DNA of 64,000 nucleotides, from NCBI GenBank assembly GCA_038496445.1, contig JALMLS010000175.1:248001-312000 (forward strand), written 5' to 3'. Position numbers and translations under genes: made by a program. Shown piece by piece: positions 14,137 to 25,176 of this stretch (positions are counted from its first letter, which is position 1; the number at the start of each line of letters is the position of its first letter). The notes under the pieces were generated by a model. That model ran no database searches and was not told the DNA's origin. It saw only the letters and a program-made list of their open reading frames with translations. This DNA comes from Trichosphaerium sp. ATCC 40318. Lineage: Eukaryota; Protista; Tubulinea.

Positions 14137-14994
14137 TTAATTCCAAGCTATGCCTAGTTCATCAAAAGCTTCTGTCGTGAGGTTGCTCTCTTGAAAAGGA
14201 TCCCATATTTCTATTGATTGCAAAGAAGTCATGTATTTTAAACACATGTTTGTGATCCTCGTAGAGACGATATCAAGAGCAAGGTGTTCAAGATTAACCA
14301 ATGTCTTTAAACCTTCATCTGAAACATTATTGCAAGAAGTCAAATGGAGGCGTTTGACGTTAGTCAATGACTTGATTCCATCATCTGTTACTATCTTACT
14401 AGTATATCTACCAGTTATCTTAACTGTATGTACATTACAAAGATGTTTAAGCCATTCATCAGGAGGATTTCCCAGTGTAATTTTATGGACATCTGTGAGT
14501 GACTTTATTCCATCTACTGTTACAGTCTTTTCAGAACCAATAAGGTTGATCGTATGGACATGTTGTAGAGCCTTTAATGACACATCAGTTATAGATGAAC
14601 CTGCCAAGTTAATGCTATGTATAGTACTCTTTCCTCCTCTTAGTAGTGCCAGGATTCCTTCGTCTGTTATTGATGTATTTTCAAGACCGATAGTATGAAC
14701 TCCAGAGAGGCAAGACAAGTCGTAGTCTGCAAGTGTCAGGTAGCAGCAATTGATCTTAGTGTTTTTAAGCAATGGGCTACCTTGTAGAGCAGCGCAATCT
14801 GATGGTAAAATCATTTGTAAGCGAACTAAACCAATGTTATGCCGAATGATGTCATTAAAAAGATGTGAGACTTCAGAAGCTCTAATACGGTGTTTTCTTT
14901 GTTGCAAAAATTGTAGAATATGTGTTACTGCCTCTGGTGGCAACTCTGGAATAAACTCAATATGATTCATGCCTATACAACGCTTGGACGACAT
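14137..14994 (-). CDS. F-box / 22-aa LRR protein (intronless)
   Basis: F-box ELPPEAVTHILQFL followed by degenerate GVHTI-L..ITDEGIK repeats. Confidence 0.85.
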   Translation of the reverse strand: MSSKRCIGMNHIEFIPELPPEAVTHILQFLQQRKHRIRASEVSHLFNDIIRHNIGLVRLQMILPSDCAALQGSPLLKNTKINCCYLTLADYDLSCLSGVHTIGLENTSITDEGILALLRGGKSTIHSINLAGSSITDVSLKALQHVHTINLIGSEKTVTVDGIKSLTDVHKITLGNPPDEWLKHLCNVHTVKITGRYTSKIVTDDGIKSLTNVKRLHLTSCNNVSDEGLKTLVNLEHLALDIVSTRITNMCLKYMTSLQSIEIWDPFQESNLTTEAFDELGIAWN

Positions 14995-15273
14995 ATTTGA
15001 TGACGTTAACGGATTTGTTGACCTTATTAGACATTGGCTATGATATTTTTTGGGCCAAAAGTTGTTGGGGAAAAAATCAGGTGTAAGTTTTGCCGTTGTT
15101 TTTTGTATAATTGCTTTCCAATTTTACAGTATAAAATGTACAAGCAAAATTAGTGTTAAGCATCTTTACCAAAAACGTAGGGTATAAACGTGTGATTGTT
15201 ATTTAATTTATTACAATACAGCGAAGGCTTTCTGCTATTGACAACATGTACAAAGTTTAACTGATAATTAATG

Positions 15274-16571
15274 TCAAAAATACTCTTCAGCTGTAGAGTA
15301 CTCACCACGTTCTCCTATAAAATAACATCCAATGTGTACAACATCAGCATTAAATCTTGTAGTACTATTACCACCATATACCCAGTTTTGACATCTTAAG
15401 AGCTCCTCTATATCTTTATCTCTCTTGTGTTCTTTTGTCTCCAAAGAAATATTATCAGGATAATCAATATTTATCTCACTATCATCATCATCTATGTATG
15501 AGTCGCTATAAGTCACATCAGCATCCCATATTGTGTAAACGAATTCTGTCTCATTAGGACATCTCATTTCGTGGTATTGTGCGCATGTAGTACACATTAT
15601 TCCTCTCTCACATCCAAAGCAAAAACGCCCTTGTTGGCCTATAGTTTGATAAGTGTTTCAAGGTTAGACGTCTTATATGAGATGACGTACTCTTGCATTC
15701 AACACAACACATCTCTAAGCACACGCTACATTCAGTATGCTTTTTAATCATGGGTTTCTTCTTGTAGCATGCATAACACCTAAACCAATCTTTTGTGATT
15801 CTTTTCTTAGATGTTTTCTTTGTTTCAGGTGTTAACACGTCATACTCAGGCGACTCTGGATCTGTTTGTGGTTCAGTACGCGGTTTTGTAGGTGGCTCTG
15901 CAGTTGGACGAGGAATTACAGGAGAGATAGTGTTTGGTGTTGGAGGGTTTTTAGGTGGTTCGGTTATTGACAGTTTTGTAGCTGGTGGCGCAGTTGTTGC
16001 AAGTGTAATCACATGTTCAGATTCTGTGGCAAGGTTGTCTTTGATAGGACCATTATTTTCGTCCTGCTCGGAATATGGTGTATGTTGGTCATTAGAACTT
16101 TCTGCAGTACATTCATTTGAATATGAAGTAGTTTGCCCACAATCACAGGTCTTTTCAGATACTGAAACTGTCAACATTGGCTTCTTACTGCGTATGAAAA
16201 TTTTATCCCTTCGTAAAGTAAATTGTTTGTCAAGGTCAGAGTAAAACGCCAATAGGTTCGCCTACAAAAACGTTATACAACACCACGTGGTTATTATTTT
16301 GAACCTTGCGTTCGTTGACAGCCTGATAAGCATCTTGTACGCTATTAATGGCCACGTCAGTGTATTGTCGATGATTTTGATCAGGTGTTACAATACAAGA
16401 CAAGGATAAAGCTAAATCTTCATAATCGCGATTGTATAGCCATGCTTCGCACGCTCGTTGTACTGAACTGCATCTTGAAACGTTTTCAAGCTGTTGTCGT
16501 TCTGTATTCGTTAAATGATTCCAACGGTACAATAATTGTATCAACACAGAAGCTAGTGCATTCAAATCCAT
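15274..16571 (-). CDS. hypothetical protein with Pro/Thr-rich linker and Cys-rich (zinc-finger-like) C-terminal region; 3 exons
   Basis: Three adjacent ORFs join in frame via GT..TAG introns (ERK|ANLLAFYSD and CKS|QQGRFCFGCERGIMCTTC), giving several CxxC pairs. Confidence 0.7.
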
Positions 16572-16822
16572 TGTCGATTGACCTATGTCAGATTTTCTGG
16601 GAAGGTGAAAGAAATTTTCGAGTTTTTATTCACAGAAATGCACAAAAATTGTCAGCATTTTTGTTATGTAGTTGATTATTAATTGTGCGTGTTTACTTCT
16701 TTGTAGTAGCAAAATAATGCTGTTGCATCCTTTGTGTGGTTTTTACAAATTTACACTGTAGTATAAGGGAGTACTACATCGGAAAGTATTGTACAATACC
16801 ACTTCAGTAAAAACATAAGGTA

Positions 16823-16894
16823 TGAGCCTAGAGGGAATCGAACCCCCACCCTACTGCGTGCAAGACAGTCGTCATGCCATTAGACCATAAGCTC
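16823..16894 (-). tRNA. tRNA with UGC (Ala) anticodon, atypical acceptor stem
   Basis: 72-nt cloverleaf GAGCTTA TG GTCTAATGGCATGAC G ACTGT CT-TGC-AC GCAGT AGGGT GGGGG TTCGATT CCCTC TAGGCTC A, with A/B boxes and a downstream TTTTT. Confidence 0.85.
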
Positions 16895-17138
16895 TTTGAT
16901 ACATGCAACAAGTACACCTCCGTGTCCACCGATAAAAAGAAACTGAGATGAGAACTCATAACCAGATATTTTCAGAGAATCATTAACGTTCATCACGAAG
17001 AGTACAATGCCCAATATGATTAAAATGTTACATGTTTATTTAATTTACAACTTTGGTGTTCTTGTTGGTAAAGCTGTTTTGTAAGTCTTTTTTTATGTAG
17101 GATACTTACGTAGATTCCAAAAAAAAAAGTAAAACAAT

Positions 17139-17209
17139 TGAGACAGCGCAGAATCGAACTGCGATCCCAGCACTGGAAATGCCGTGTGCTACCTTTACAC
17201 TACTATCCC
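17139..17209 (-). tRNA. tRNA-Gly(UCC), atypical acceptor stem
   Basis: 71-nt cloverleaf GGGATAG TA GTGTAAAGGTAGCAC A CGGCA TT-TCC-AG TGCTG GGAT CGCAG TTCGATT CTGCG CTGTCTC A, followed by oligo-T. Confidence 0.85.
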
Positions 17210-17411
17210 TTCTATATATACTGACAATATATTGTAGTTCACGCCGCTCGCCTGAATCACAAATGCAGCGTATAGAACTGGGTTTTTTGGAAATGTTGTT
17301 TTTTGATTGTTTTTTTTCAACAGGTTTTTTTCGCTGCAATTTTGTCAGGCAAAATGGAATTCAACTTCTTTTATCGGCCGGCCTCAAACCGTACTTGTTG
17401 CACGTATCAAA

Positions 17412-17476
17412 GAGCTTATGGTCTAATGGCATGACGACTGTCTTGTAGGGTGGGGGTTCGATTCCCTCTAGGCTCA
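17412..17476 (+). pseudogene. tRNA(UGC) pseudogene lacking 7 nt of the anticodon arm
   Basis: Identical to 16823-16894 except for deletion of CACGCAG. Confidence 0.88.
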
Positions 17477-17610
17477 TACCTTATGTTTTTACTGAAGTGG
17501 TATTGTACAATACTTTCGCAAGAAGTAAATAAAGTGTATTTTAGGATTTTGTTTGTTTGCTTTTTATTTTTTTTCTTCAAACAAGTACACTACACGTTCA
17601 CGTTTCTACT

Positions 17611-20600
17611 TTACATAGTTGATTTTTCAACTTGCGCGTAAATATTACGTGCAGTTTTCAAGTCAACACCATTAGCCTCAGCCATTTTTTGAATAAAAAG
17701 TTCAATAGAAGGTCCAGGCAAATGTCCCCATCCCCACATGTTAAGGGCTATAAAAAAAAAAAAGTTAATAATAAGATAAAATAAAACGCCTTTTCCATTG
17801 TATTTCAATGTGCGCTTTAAATAAATCACGTGTTGACTGTCAATAGAAAAACATAAAAATTTGAGAAAAATTTTTGACAATGACTTGGGATATACCCGAG
17901 TTGAAAATGACTAGGAAAGGCGGTATATAATACTGTTACGATGGTTTTTTGATAGGCAGGTAGTTGAGGGCACGTACCGAATTTTTTTAGTTGAGAAGCA
18001 ATGAATTCTTTACTTAGTTCTTTATCTCCAAAAGATCGTGATAATTGATCCAAAAAGTACTCTTCCCAGAAGACTATTGTTAAACGTCAGTTGAATATAA
18101 ACAAGTCATAAACACGATAATGCCGTACATAAATTAAGCCAAATGAAGTGATTCTTAATATACTCCTAATCAAGTGTTAACGAAGATACACAAAAAAGAA
18201 AAAAAAAAGAAGGAAAAAAAAGTAGTTTACCTTCAGGATATGTCGTTCTCTATTCTTTTTCTTCTTCTTACCATCCAACTCCCAATATAGTCTGTAAGAA
18301 GCTTGCATCAATGTCTTTGCACAAATATAATCAGCTCTAGTACAAACATTAATACAAGCAAGGGAAATACAATCAAAAAACAACAGCAATCACAACCGAA
18401 ACTTCATATCCATGATCTCGGTGTACGGCCAAAAATTATGGCTCATACAACATTTTGCAGCAAAATAAAACAAAAAAAGAATAGCGTACGGATTACTAAT
18501 ATGCATCTCATTCAACGCAGTAGTCACCATATGAAGTATCAATTGAAATCTACAATATTTTTGTAAATATACTAACAACTATAGTATAACTGCTTATTAT
18601 ACATACCCAGGCTTCATGAGTAAGATAGGATCTGAAGAGTTTTGTGAAGCAAGCATTTGATTCAATACATATGTGAATACACGCCTACCAGAATCGAACT
18701 TGAATAGATTATCAAGAAGCTTATAATCCGGTTCAATAGTATCATTAGAAAATATACCAGCCAATACAGTATTAAGATATGATAACTGCTCTGGAGGTAT
18801 CTCTTCATCATAATAAAAGTCATCATCTTGTGTTGTCATCTAATAAAACATTGATTAAATAAAAACCTTCACAAGAAAGAAAAAAACGTGTAAATTACCT
18901 CAGCACGCAAGTTGTGGAAGAAGCTGTTGTCTAGTTTTATTAACCTACTTTCTGTACGTCGTAATTGTTTCTTATGCCTAATTATCACGTGAGTACTATT
19001 AAATAACCATTATAGGTCGTCTTCTAAGCTATGCAAGTTCGTGGATTGTTGGGGAAGAACAAACAATCCACAAACTAACAAACGAAGAAGACAGTTTACC
19101 TCTTGCCCCATTTCGGCCTTACAAGACCCATTGAGCCACCAACAGTTTTTGAACGCTTATGTCGTGTTGGCTTAGGTTCACTATACACAGTATATACATA
19201 ATAGATAATAATATAGAAATACAGAACAAAGGTAGAAAGAAGAAAGAAACCCTTTTAGGTTTTATAAATAAAAGTACGTACTTTGAGATTGCAGGAGGCT
19301 CAGCTTTAACTGTTTTAACCCTAAGTGGCGCTCTTGCTTTTCTCTTTGTAGTAGGCGATGTCATTTGTACATCTTTTTTACTTGTACGTGGAGAAGGTCC
19401 TGATCTAGACGTTGATCTTTTTCTGCCAGTACTAATTAATTAATTAACAAGAACTTTGCATCAACAAATCTTTAAATTGAATCATACCCCTTTCGCTTTC
19501 GAGATCTTGTATCAACGTAATTCCTAAAAAAAGAAGATATGTAAACACCCGACATAAAACCAGAAGAAACAAAGCAAGTGCATTTACATACCCAGGGAAC
19601 CAACCCCACTCGTCACCGATATTACCCTTCCACCATTGAGAGTTATCCTTCTTTACAACCTTTGTTCCATTAATAAACTGGTCAATACACGAGTGAGCAT
19701 ACCTTTACAGTAGCACCAAGAGGAAGAGTTAACTCTGTAGGATCACGTGCATCAAAAGCAAACTTAACCTTTGCAACGGCCATAACAGTGTAATGTTGAC
19801 CTTCAGGTGAAACTAAAGCAAAAATTATAATCTGTCAACGCTTCCACAACTCTTTTAGGAAAAAACTTACCCAAGTGTTCTGGTAAATCACTCTTACTGT
19901 TTGATTTGACTGGCATATCATTTTTACTTGGTACCTGTGCAGGAATCTCAACACCAGTCGGTTTAGGTTGTACTTCGGTTCCAGATAATGTCCTTTGTTT
20001 AGGTTGTTTCTCTGTTTGTGTAGCCTGGCTTGGAGGCTGTTTAAATAGATCCCTAACATCTCCTGCGCCTGTCATTGAGTGAGAAAAAGTAAAGACAAAA
20101 AAGGTATTGAATAAGTAAAGCTACGGCATACGTCTTCTGCTAGATTTAGGCGCTTGCAATGTTCGGAATGGAGCTCCTTTGATAGTTTGTTTCAAACGCT
20201 GTTTCTGTCTATCAGCGCTGCTAGTAGCTCTCTTCAAACTCATATTGGCACGGTTCTAGGTTCAGGTTAACTCTGGGCCCGTAAAAGAAGTTGAAGGCAA
20301 AAACTTAAATACGCACAAGAAGTTGTTCGAGTTCCCTCTTTTCACGCTCCAACTTAGCATTCTCTTCGCCCAATTTTACCAAATTTGCTCTCAGTAAGGC
20401 TTCATTCCTTCTCTTAGGTGTAGGCTTAGCCAACTGCCTCTTCTTTTCTTCATATTGAACTTTTTTCTTTAACTTTTTGATTTGGGTTTCAAACGAATAC
20501 CGTTCACGCTTCCACTTCGCTGCTGTTTCCTAAACTCAATTATGAAAAACGTGATTACAATAAAAAGACGTTGTAATACTAAGTAAACAAGTGTACCTCT

Positions 20601-23528
20601 TGTAGCTTTTGTATTGTCATGTGTAAGTCATCAGCTGTCTGTAGTTTGCGGATTTGAGCATTAAGCTCAGAAATACTCACTTTTTGAGTCTTTACTTCAA
20701 CAGATAGATCATTGCGTTCTTTTGTAAGTTGTTGGTTTGTAATCTAAAATAAATCATTAGTAAAATATTCCTACTCGTCTCTCTCAAGTGTTCTGTCAAA
20801 TGGTGGTACCTCCAAAGCACTTTTTTCTTCAGTCAAAAATTCAATATCAACAGAGAATTTGTTCTTGATCTCAGCGAGCTCTGTACGTAATTTAGCTTCT
20901 CTTTGAGCCATAGTCTTCATCTTTGATTTTTCTCTATCAATAGCACGCAAGTAGCTAGATATTTCTTCCTAAAGACACAACACTAAGACAAAGAAAAAAC
21001 AAAGCAAACAAAATGAAAAAAAACGTGTCAAACTGACTGCTTACATCATGCTCTTGTTTAGTCTTTACTCTTTGTTTCTCTATTCTCTCTAGCTCTGCTG
21101 TAAACATAGCATCAACTTGAATTTGACTTCCAGTGTGCAGAGTCTTATTTATAGCCAAAGCTCTCGCCGACTGTTTTCTTTGCATTGCGCGCTCAAGTCT
21201 TCCAGCTTCTTTTTCATGCTTCGATGCAACGAATTTGAGCTGAATGAGCTGCTCTTTGCTTGTTAGTAACTCTTCTTTCAAGTTAGTTATCTCAAGGTTC
21301 TTCTCATTCCTTTGAGCTACGAGTTGAGTCTTCAAATCGCCAATTTCCTTTGAAGAAACTTTTTGTTTTTGCTTCTCAGCCTTCAACAACCTCTCTAATC
21401 TTCCATTCTCAGCTTTAGCTTTTTGTAATGCTGATACAGCTTCTCTCTTTTGACGGGTTAATTTATTCAACTCATCACTATTATTAACACTCTTTTGTTG
21501 CCTTAACAAACAAGAACATAAGATACAACAATAATCCGAAAAAAAGAAGAAAGAAAAAAAAAAGAATCAACGTACCTTTCTTCCTCAAGCTGTGCTCTGA
21601 GCGTCTTTAACTCAAAATCAAGCTCAATATGCTTATCCTCTGCTTGATACTTCTCTTCTCTAGTTATTATGAGATACTTGAAGGTAATTTAGAAAGATAC
21701 GCAGTCAAGACATACTTAGCAAACTGCAATTCTGCTTTCAGTTCTGAAATAATTTTTTCGTCTTCTTTTTCTACTTCTTCAAGTTGCTCCTGAAGTGCTT
21801 TCAATATTGAATTCAAATCAGACTCTGCAGATTTCTGTGAATTTTGGACATTCTCCTTAAGCATAGCATTCTCATCAAGCATTTTTTGATTCTCTTCAGT
21901 AAGCGTATTGATCCTGTCTTCCATGTCTAGAATCTCAAGCTCAAGTTGAGTCATACTTTCAGTATGCTTTTGTTTTTGCTCTTCAAGTTCTGCTTGCACT
22001 GAATCAGCGCCCTTGAAATAAACAAATTTAGAGAAGGAAGGTATTGCAAACCAGCTATCGTACTTGGTTTGCAAGTTTCAAGCGCTTTATTTTAGCATGA
22101 GCTTCTTGTAACTGTAGTTGCGAATTTCGTAGCTCTTGTTCCAGTTCAGAATCAGAAACATCCGATATATTGAGTGAACGACCTGAAGAAAAAGGTTTTA
22201 GCAAAACACAAACACAAACAGGCGCTTTGTGACAGGACCAACTAGGTGCACGTGATAGAAAAAAAAGCAAAATGAATACAGCACCCTACGTTCCCTGGTC
22301 CTCACGGACCCAAGTACTGGCAGGGCCATACCATGCTTATCTTCGCGGTTCGGAAAGAGACACGGAGTTTTCATGGTTGTATGGCCGTATCCATTAGATA
22401 GAGAACAAAAGTTTCGTAGTGGTTGGGTCGAAAACAGACAGTTAACCGAATATTAGCCGTACCGACTTCAATAGTATCCCACTTCTTAGCGCTAGGTTTT
22501 GCCAAAGCTGGACCAATTATGTCTCCTTTAAAGCCCCAATTGACAGCCTCTCTTGACAACGATGCAATATTTTGTAGCACCTAGAGTACCAACGCCAGTA
22601 AGAACAAGATCCTTTATACATTTTTCTGAAAAAAACACAATTACCTGAGGCATAAATCGCTTCGCATATAAATCGGATGTGACGACTAACAAAAGCGACG
22701 TAAGAGACTACATATACAACCAATAGCTATTGACAACGTACATAAGTCGTGACTTGGTAATCCAAGCTTCCAGCAAGCCTCCAAATACAAACCAATATTT
22801 TCCTTATCGAAAGAATCAATTTAATTAAAATCACATTACCAAATTAATCTAACTAAAACCAAAAAAATAAAAGAAAACCGCCTCAAACGTACACGTTCTT
22901 GAAGTGGATGTAATGGCTTCTTGTTTTTTGGAATGTTATACCTCTTTATTGTGCCAGGTTTTAATATGTTCATGAGCCTATTCAGCGGGTTGAAGGTTAA
23001 TCATTGAGTATTAAAAGAAAGAGATTATGCTTTTGGCGATTTTTCGTCTTTGGCGCTTACTTGATAAGTAGAATGCCTGATTTTAACTACAATCGCTTAT
23101 TAATACGGTTTACGCATATGGCATTACGTACTGCACCATGTAGATCTGCTAAATCAATTTTCTCGTTTAAAACTTTTGCCAGCCATTTGCCAACCTCTAC
23201 TTCGAACTCTGGGTCGTCTTTGGCTTTAATCTGCGAAAACGGCTAAGAACTTCCAAACAAAACGAAAAATGTCGCCGTGTCAATAAAAAGACAATTCTGT
23301 TTGAAACTATTGGCTTTGAGTGTTCGAATCGTACTTTCATGTATGTCTCCGCGTCCATGCCTTCAAAAAGTTATAAAAGGAAAATATGACAACAACGTAC
23401 CATAAAGTGTCCTACCATCATCGGTTGTTACCTTGGGTAAGTTTTAGAACTATTTTTATGTACTAAGTGTTTACCCCAGCAGTGAGGTTTACTACATCCT
23501 TTTTGCGTATCTTACGCTTTGTGGCCAT
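17611..23528 (-). CDS. calponin-homology + long coiled-coil + SH3 + SBF1/SBF2-like C-terminal domain protein
   Basis: CH domain (EVGKWLAKVL, ENIGLYLEACWKLGLP, VLQNIASL); extensive E/K/Q coiled-coil exons; SH3 (FAFDARDPTELTL, QWWKG, GWFPG-NYV); C-terminal DSGRRVFTYVLN / FWEEYF segment resembling the SBF1/SBF2 domain. Confidence 0.78.
22274..22392 (-). rRNA. 5S rRNA: 5S rRNA gene (intronic)
   Basis: 119 nt GGATACGGCCATAC...CCGAACCGCGAAGATAAGC...AGTACT...GGGAA...GTGCTGTATTC. Helices I, II, IV and V pair, and a T-run terminator follows. Confidence 0.93.
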
Positions 23529-23784
23529 AGCTATATTGCTACGCCGCTGTAACGCCCGAGTTGTAACTTATAGCGTGTTCGGCGTTAACAATGCGCGAAA
23601 CAAGAGTATTCACTGTCCAATCAGCTTTTGGAGTGTTCGCGGTGACAGTTAGCCAAAAGACGGTTTTTTCGCCAACAATTTTTCGAGTTGGTCAATATTG
23701 GTTTTCATACTCTTTTTTTTAGGCCGAACCAACAGGTATCACGCTAATTTTTTGATAAACGCTAACTGAGGCCCAGAGAATATC
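23529..23784. promoter_or_regulatory. putative bidirectional promoter between the CH/SH3 gene and RPL32
   Basis: 256-bp head-to-head spacer with CCAAT/ATTGG-like elements. Confidence 0.45.
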
Positions 23785-24525
23785 ATGCCACGCCCAGACG
23801 CAAAGTTAAGAAAACTCAGGAAAAACGCATCTAAAACGCCTACCAATGGCTTTGTTAGACACGGTTCTTACAGATGGAAGCGTGTGAATGTACGAATCGC
23901 TTTATACTCACTTTTGCGCTCTTCGAGTAGATTTGTTTGTTTTCTTCTCAATTTCTGTATCAAATCTTCTCGCACGCTATACGACATCATGGGAGCAGTT
24001 TTTACTTTTTTCCAGCATTTTTACAAGGCGCAAAACTTATTGAACTAGGACAAATGGAGGCGTCCAATTGGTATTGATTCATGGTTCAGAAAACACCACA
24101 GAGGTACCCGTGCTCATGTAAGCATTGGTTTCGGAACTGATAAGAGAGTCCGATTTATGTACGTGCTATACGCGAAAAACGCAAATATAAGCGAAGAATG
24201 GTCACTTATACATGTATTAAAGGCAACAAAACGGATTTTTCCCTGTCATTGTATCCAACATGAAGGAACTCGAAGCCCTTCTTATGCACAACAGAAAATA
24301 CTCTGCTGTCATTTCCGGTAAAGTAGGCACCAAGAAAAAGTACGTGTTTCAACCGCAAAAAACATTTCAAAAAGAAAGTCTGCTGTTTTATTTAAAATCG
24401 GCGCGTAATGATACGATGTATTAACTGTATTTCTTCTTAGGCTCGAACTCCTCGCCAGAGCAAGACAAATGAACATTAAAGTTGCCAACGCTAAATTGCG
24501 TGTCCGCACAAAAGACAACGAATAA
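23785..24525 (+). CDS. RPL32: 60S ribosomal protein L32 (4 exons)
   Basis: FVRHGSYRWKRV-KWRRPIGIDS-SIGFGTDKRVRFM-IVSNMKELEALLMHNRKYSAVI-MNIKVANAKLRV. Confidence 0.93.
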
Positions 24526-24793
24526 GTCCTCTGAACATATTGAATACTGCTGTAATGGAAATACACGTTTTTGTAGACTCTCGCTCTTGTTTTTGCAAAA
24601 TTTTTTTTATTGTAACTCTTTGCCTGTTGTAAGCTCATCGCCGAAGTATCAGTGACGCCTGTCATTTTGGTCAGAGAGTTAATATAGTACGTATTCTGTT
24701 TATCTTGACAGTCTCCTCGAAGTCTTGCAAATTATTATTATTCAGCAAAATTAAAACGTCAATTCCTTTAGTAACGTGCAACACAAAAAGAAA

Positions 24794-25176
24794 ATGTCTA
24801 GTCAACTTACAGTAGAAGAATTAACTCAGTTTAAGAGTATATTTGATCTGTTTGATGGTAATGGAGTGCGTATAATAACCGTTTTTAAAACGTTCGCTTA
24901 TAAGTACTAGGATGGTTATATTACGATTGTTGAGATGATTTCGGTACTATCGCCTCATAAAAAGCCTTAATTGACGTTTGATAGAAACTAGAAGATATGG
25001 GGGTATCTAAAAAGGAGATAAATGCGCTTGTAGACCCATTTAAAGCTGCTGATGTAAATAAAGATGTACGGAAAATCAATAGAGTTGCAAAAGCACTTGT
25101 TCTTACTGTAATGTAGGGTAAAGTTACCTGGAAGGAATTTACAAGTCAAGTAGTAAAAGTCAGGCGCAACAAGTAG
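24794..25176 (+). CDS. small two-EF-hand calcium-binding protein (4 exons)
   Basis: Spliced: MSSQLTVEELTQFKSIFDLFDGNGDGYITIVEM...FKAADVNKDGKVTWKEF. Confidence 0.85.

Larger units (their letters stand above)
16782..17517. repeat. ~130-bp inverted repeat (16782-16915 / 17391-17517), each arm carrying a tRNA(UGC) copy, enclosing tRNA-Gly
   Basis: The arms are reverse complements apart from one substitution and a 7-bp deletion in the right arm. Confidence 0.92.

Noticed and set aside
14231-14965. Long antisense ORFs over LRR genes (also 15795-16244 and 53629-54384)
   Set aside because: Shadow ORFs caused by codon bias and repeats of the sense gene.
15274-16571. Three abutting/overlapping ORFs resembling a viral or prokaryotic operon
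   Set aside because: GT-AG introns join them in frame into one eukaryotic gene.
23889-24440. Possible snoRNAs in RPL32 introns
   Set aside because: No clear C/D box pair or H/ACA structure is identifiable by eye.
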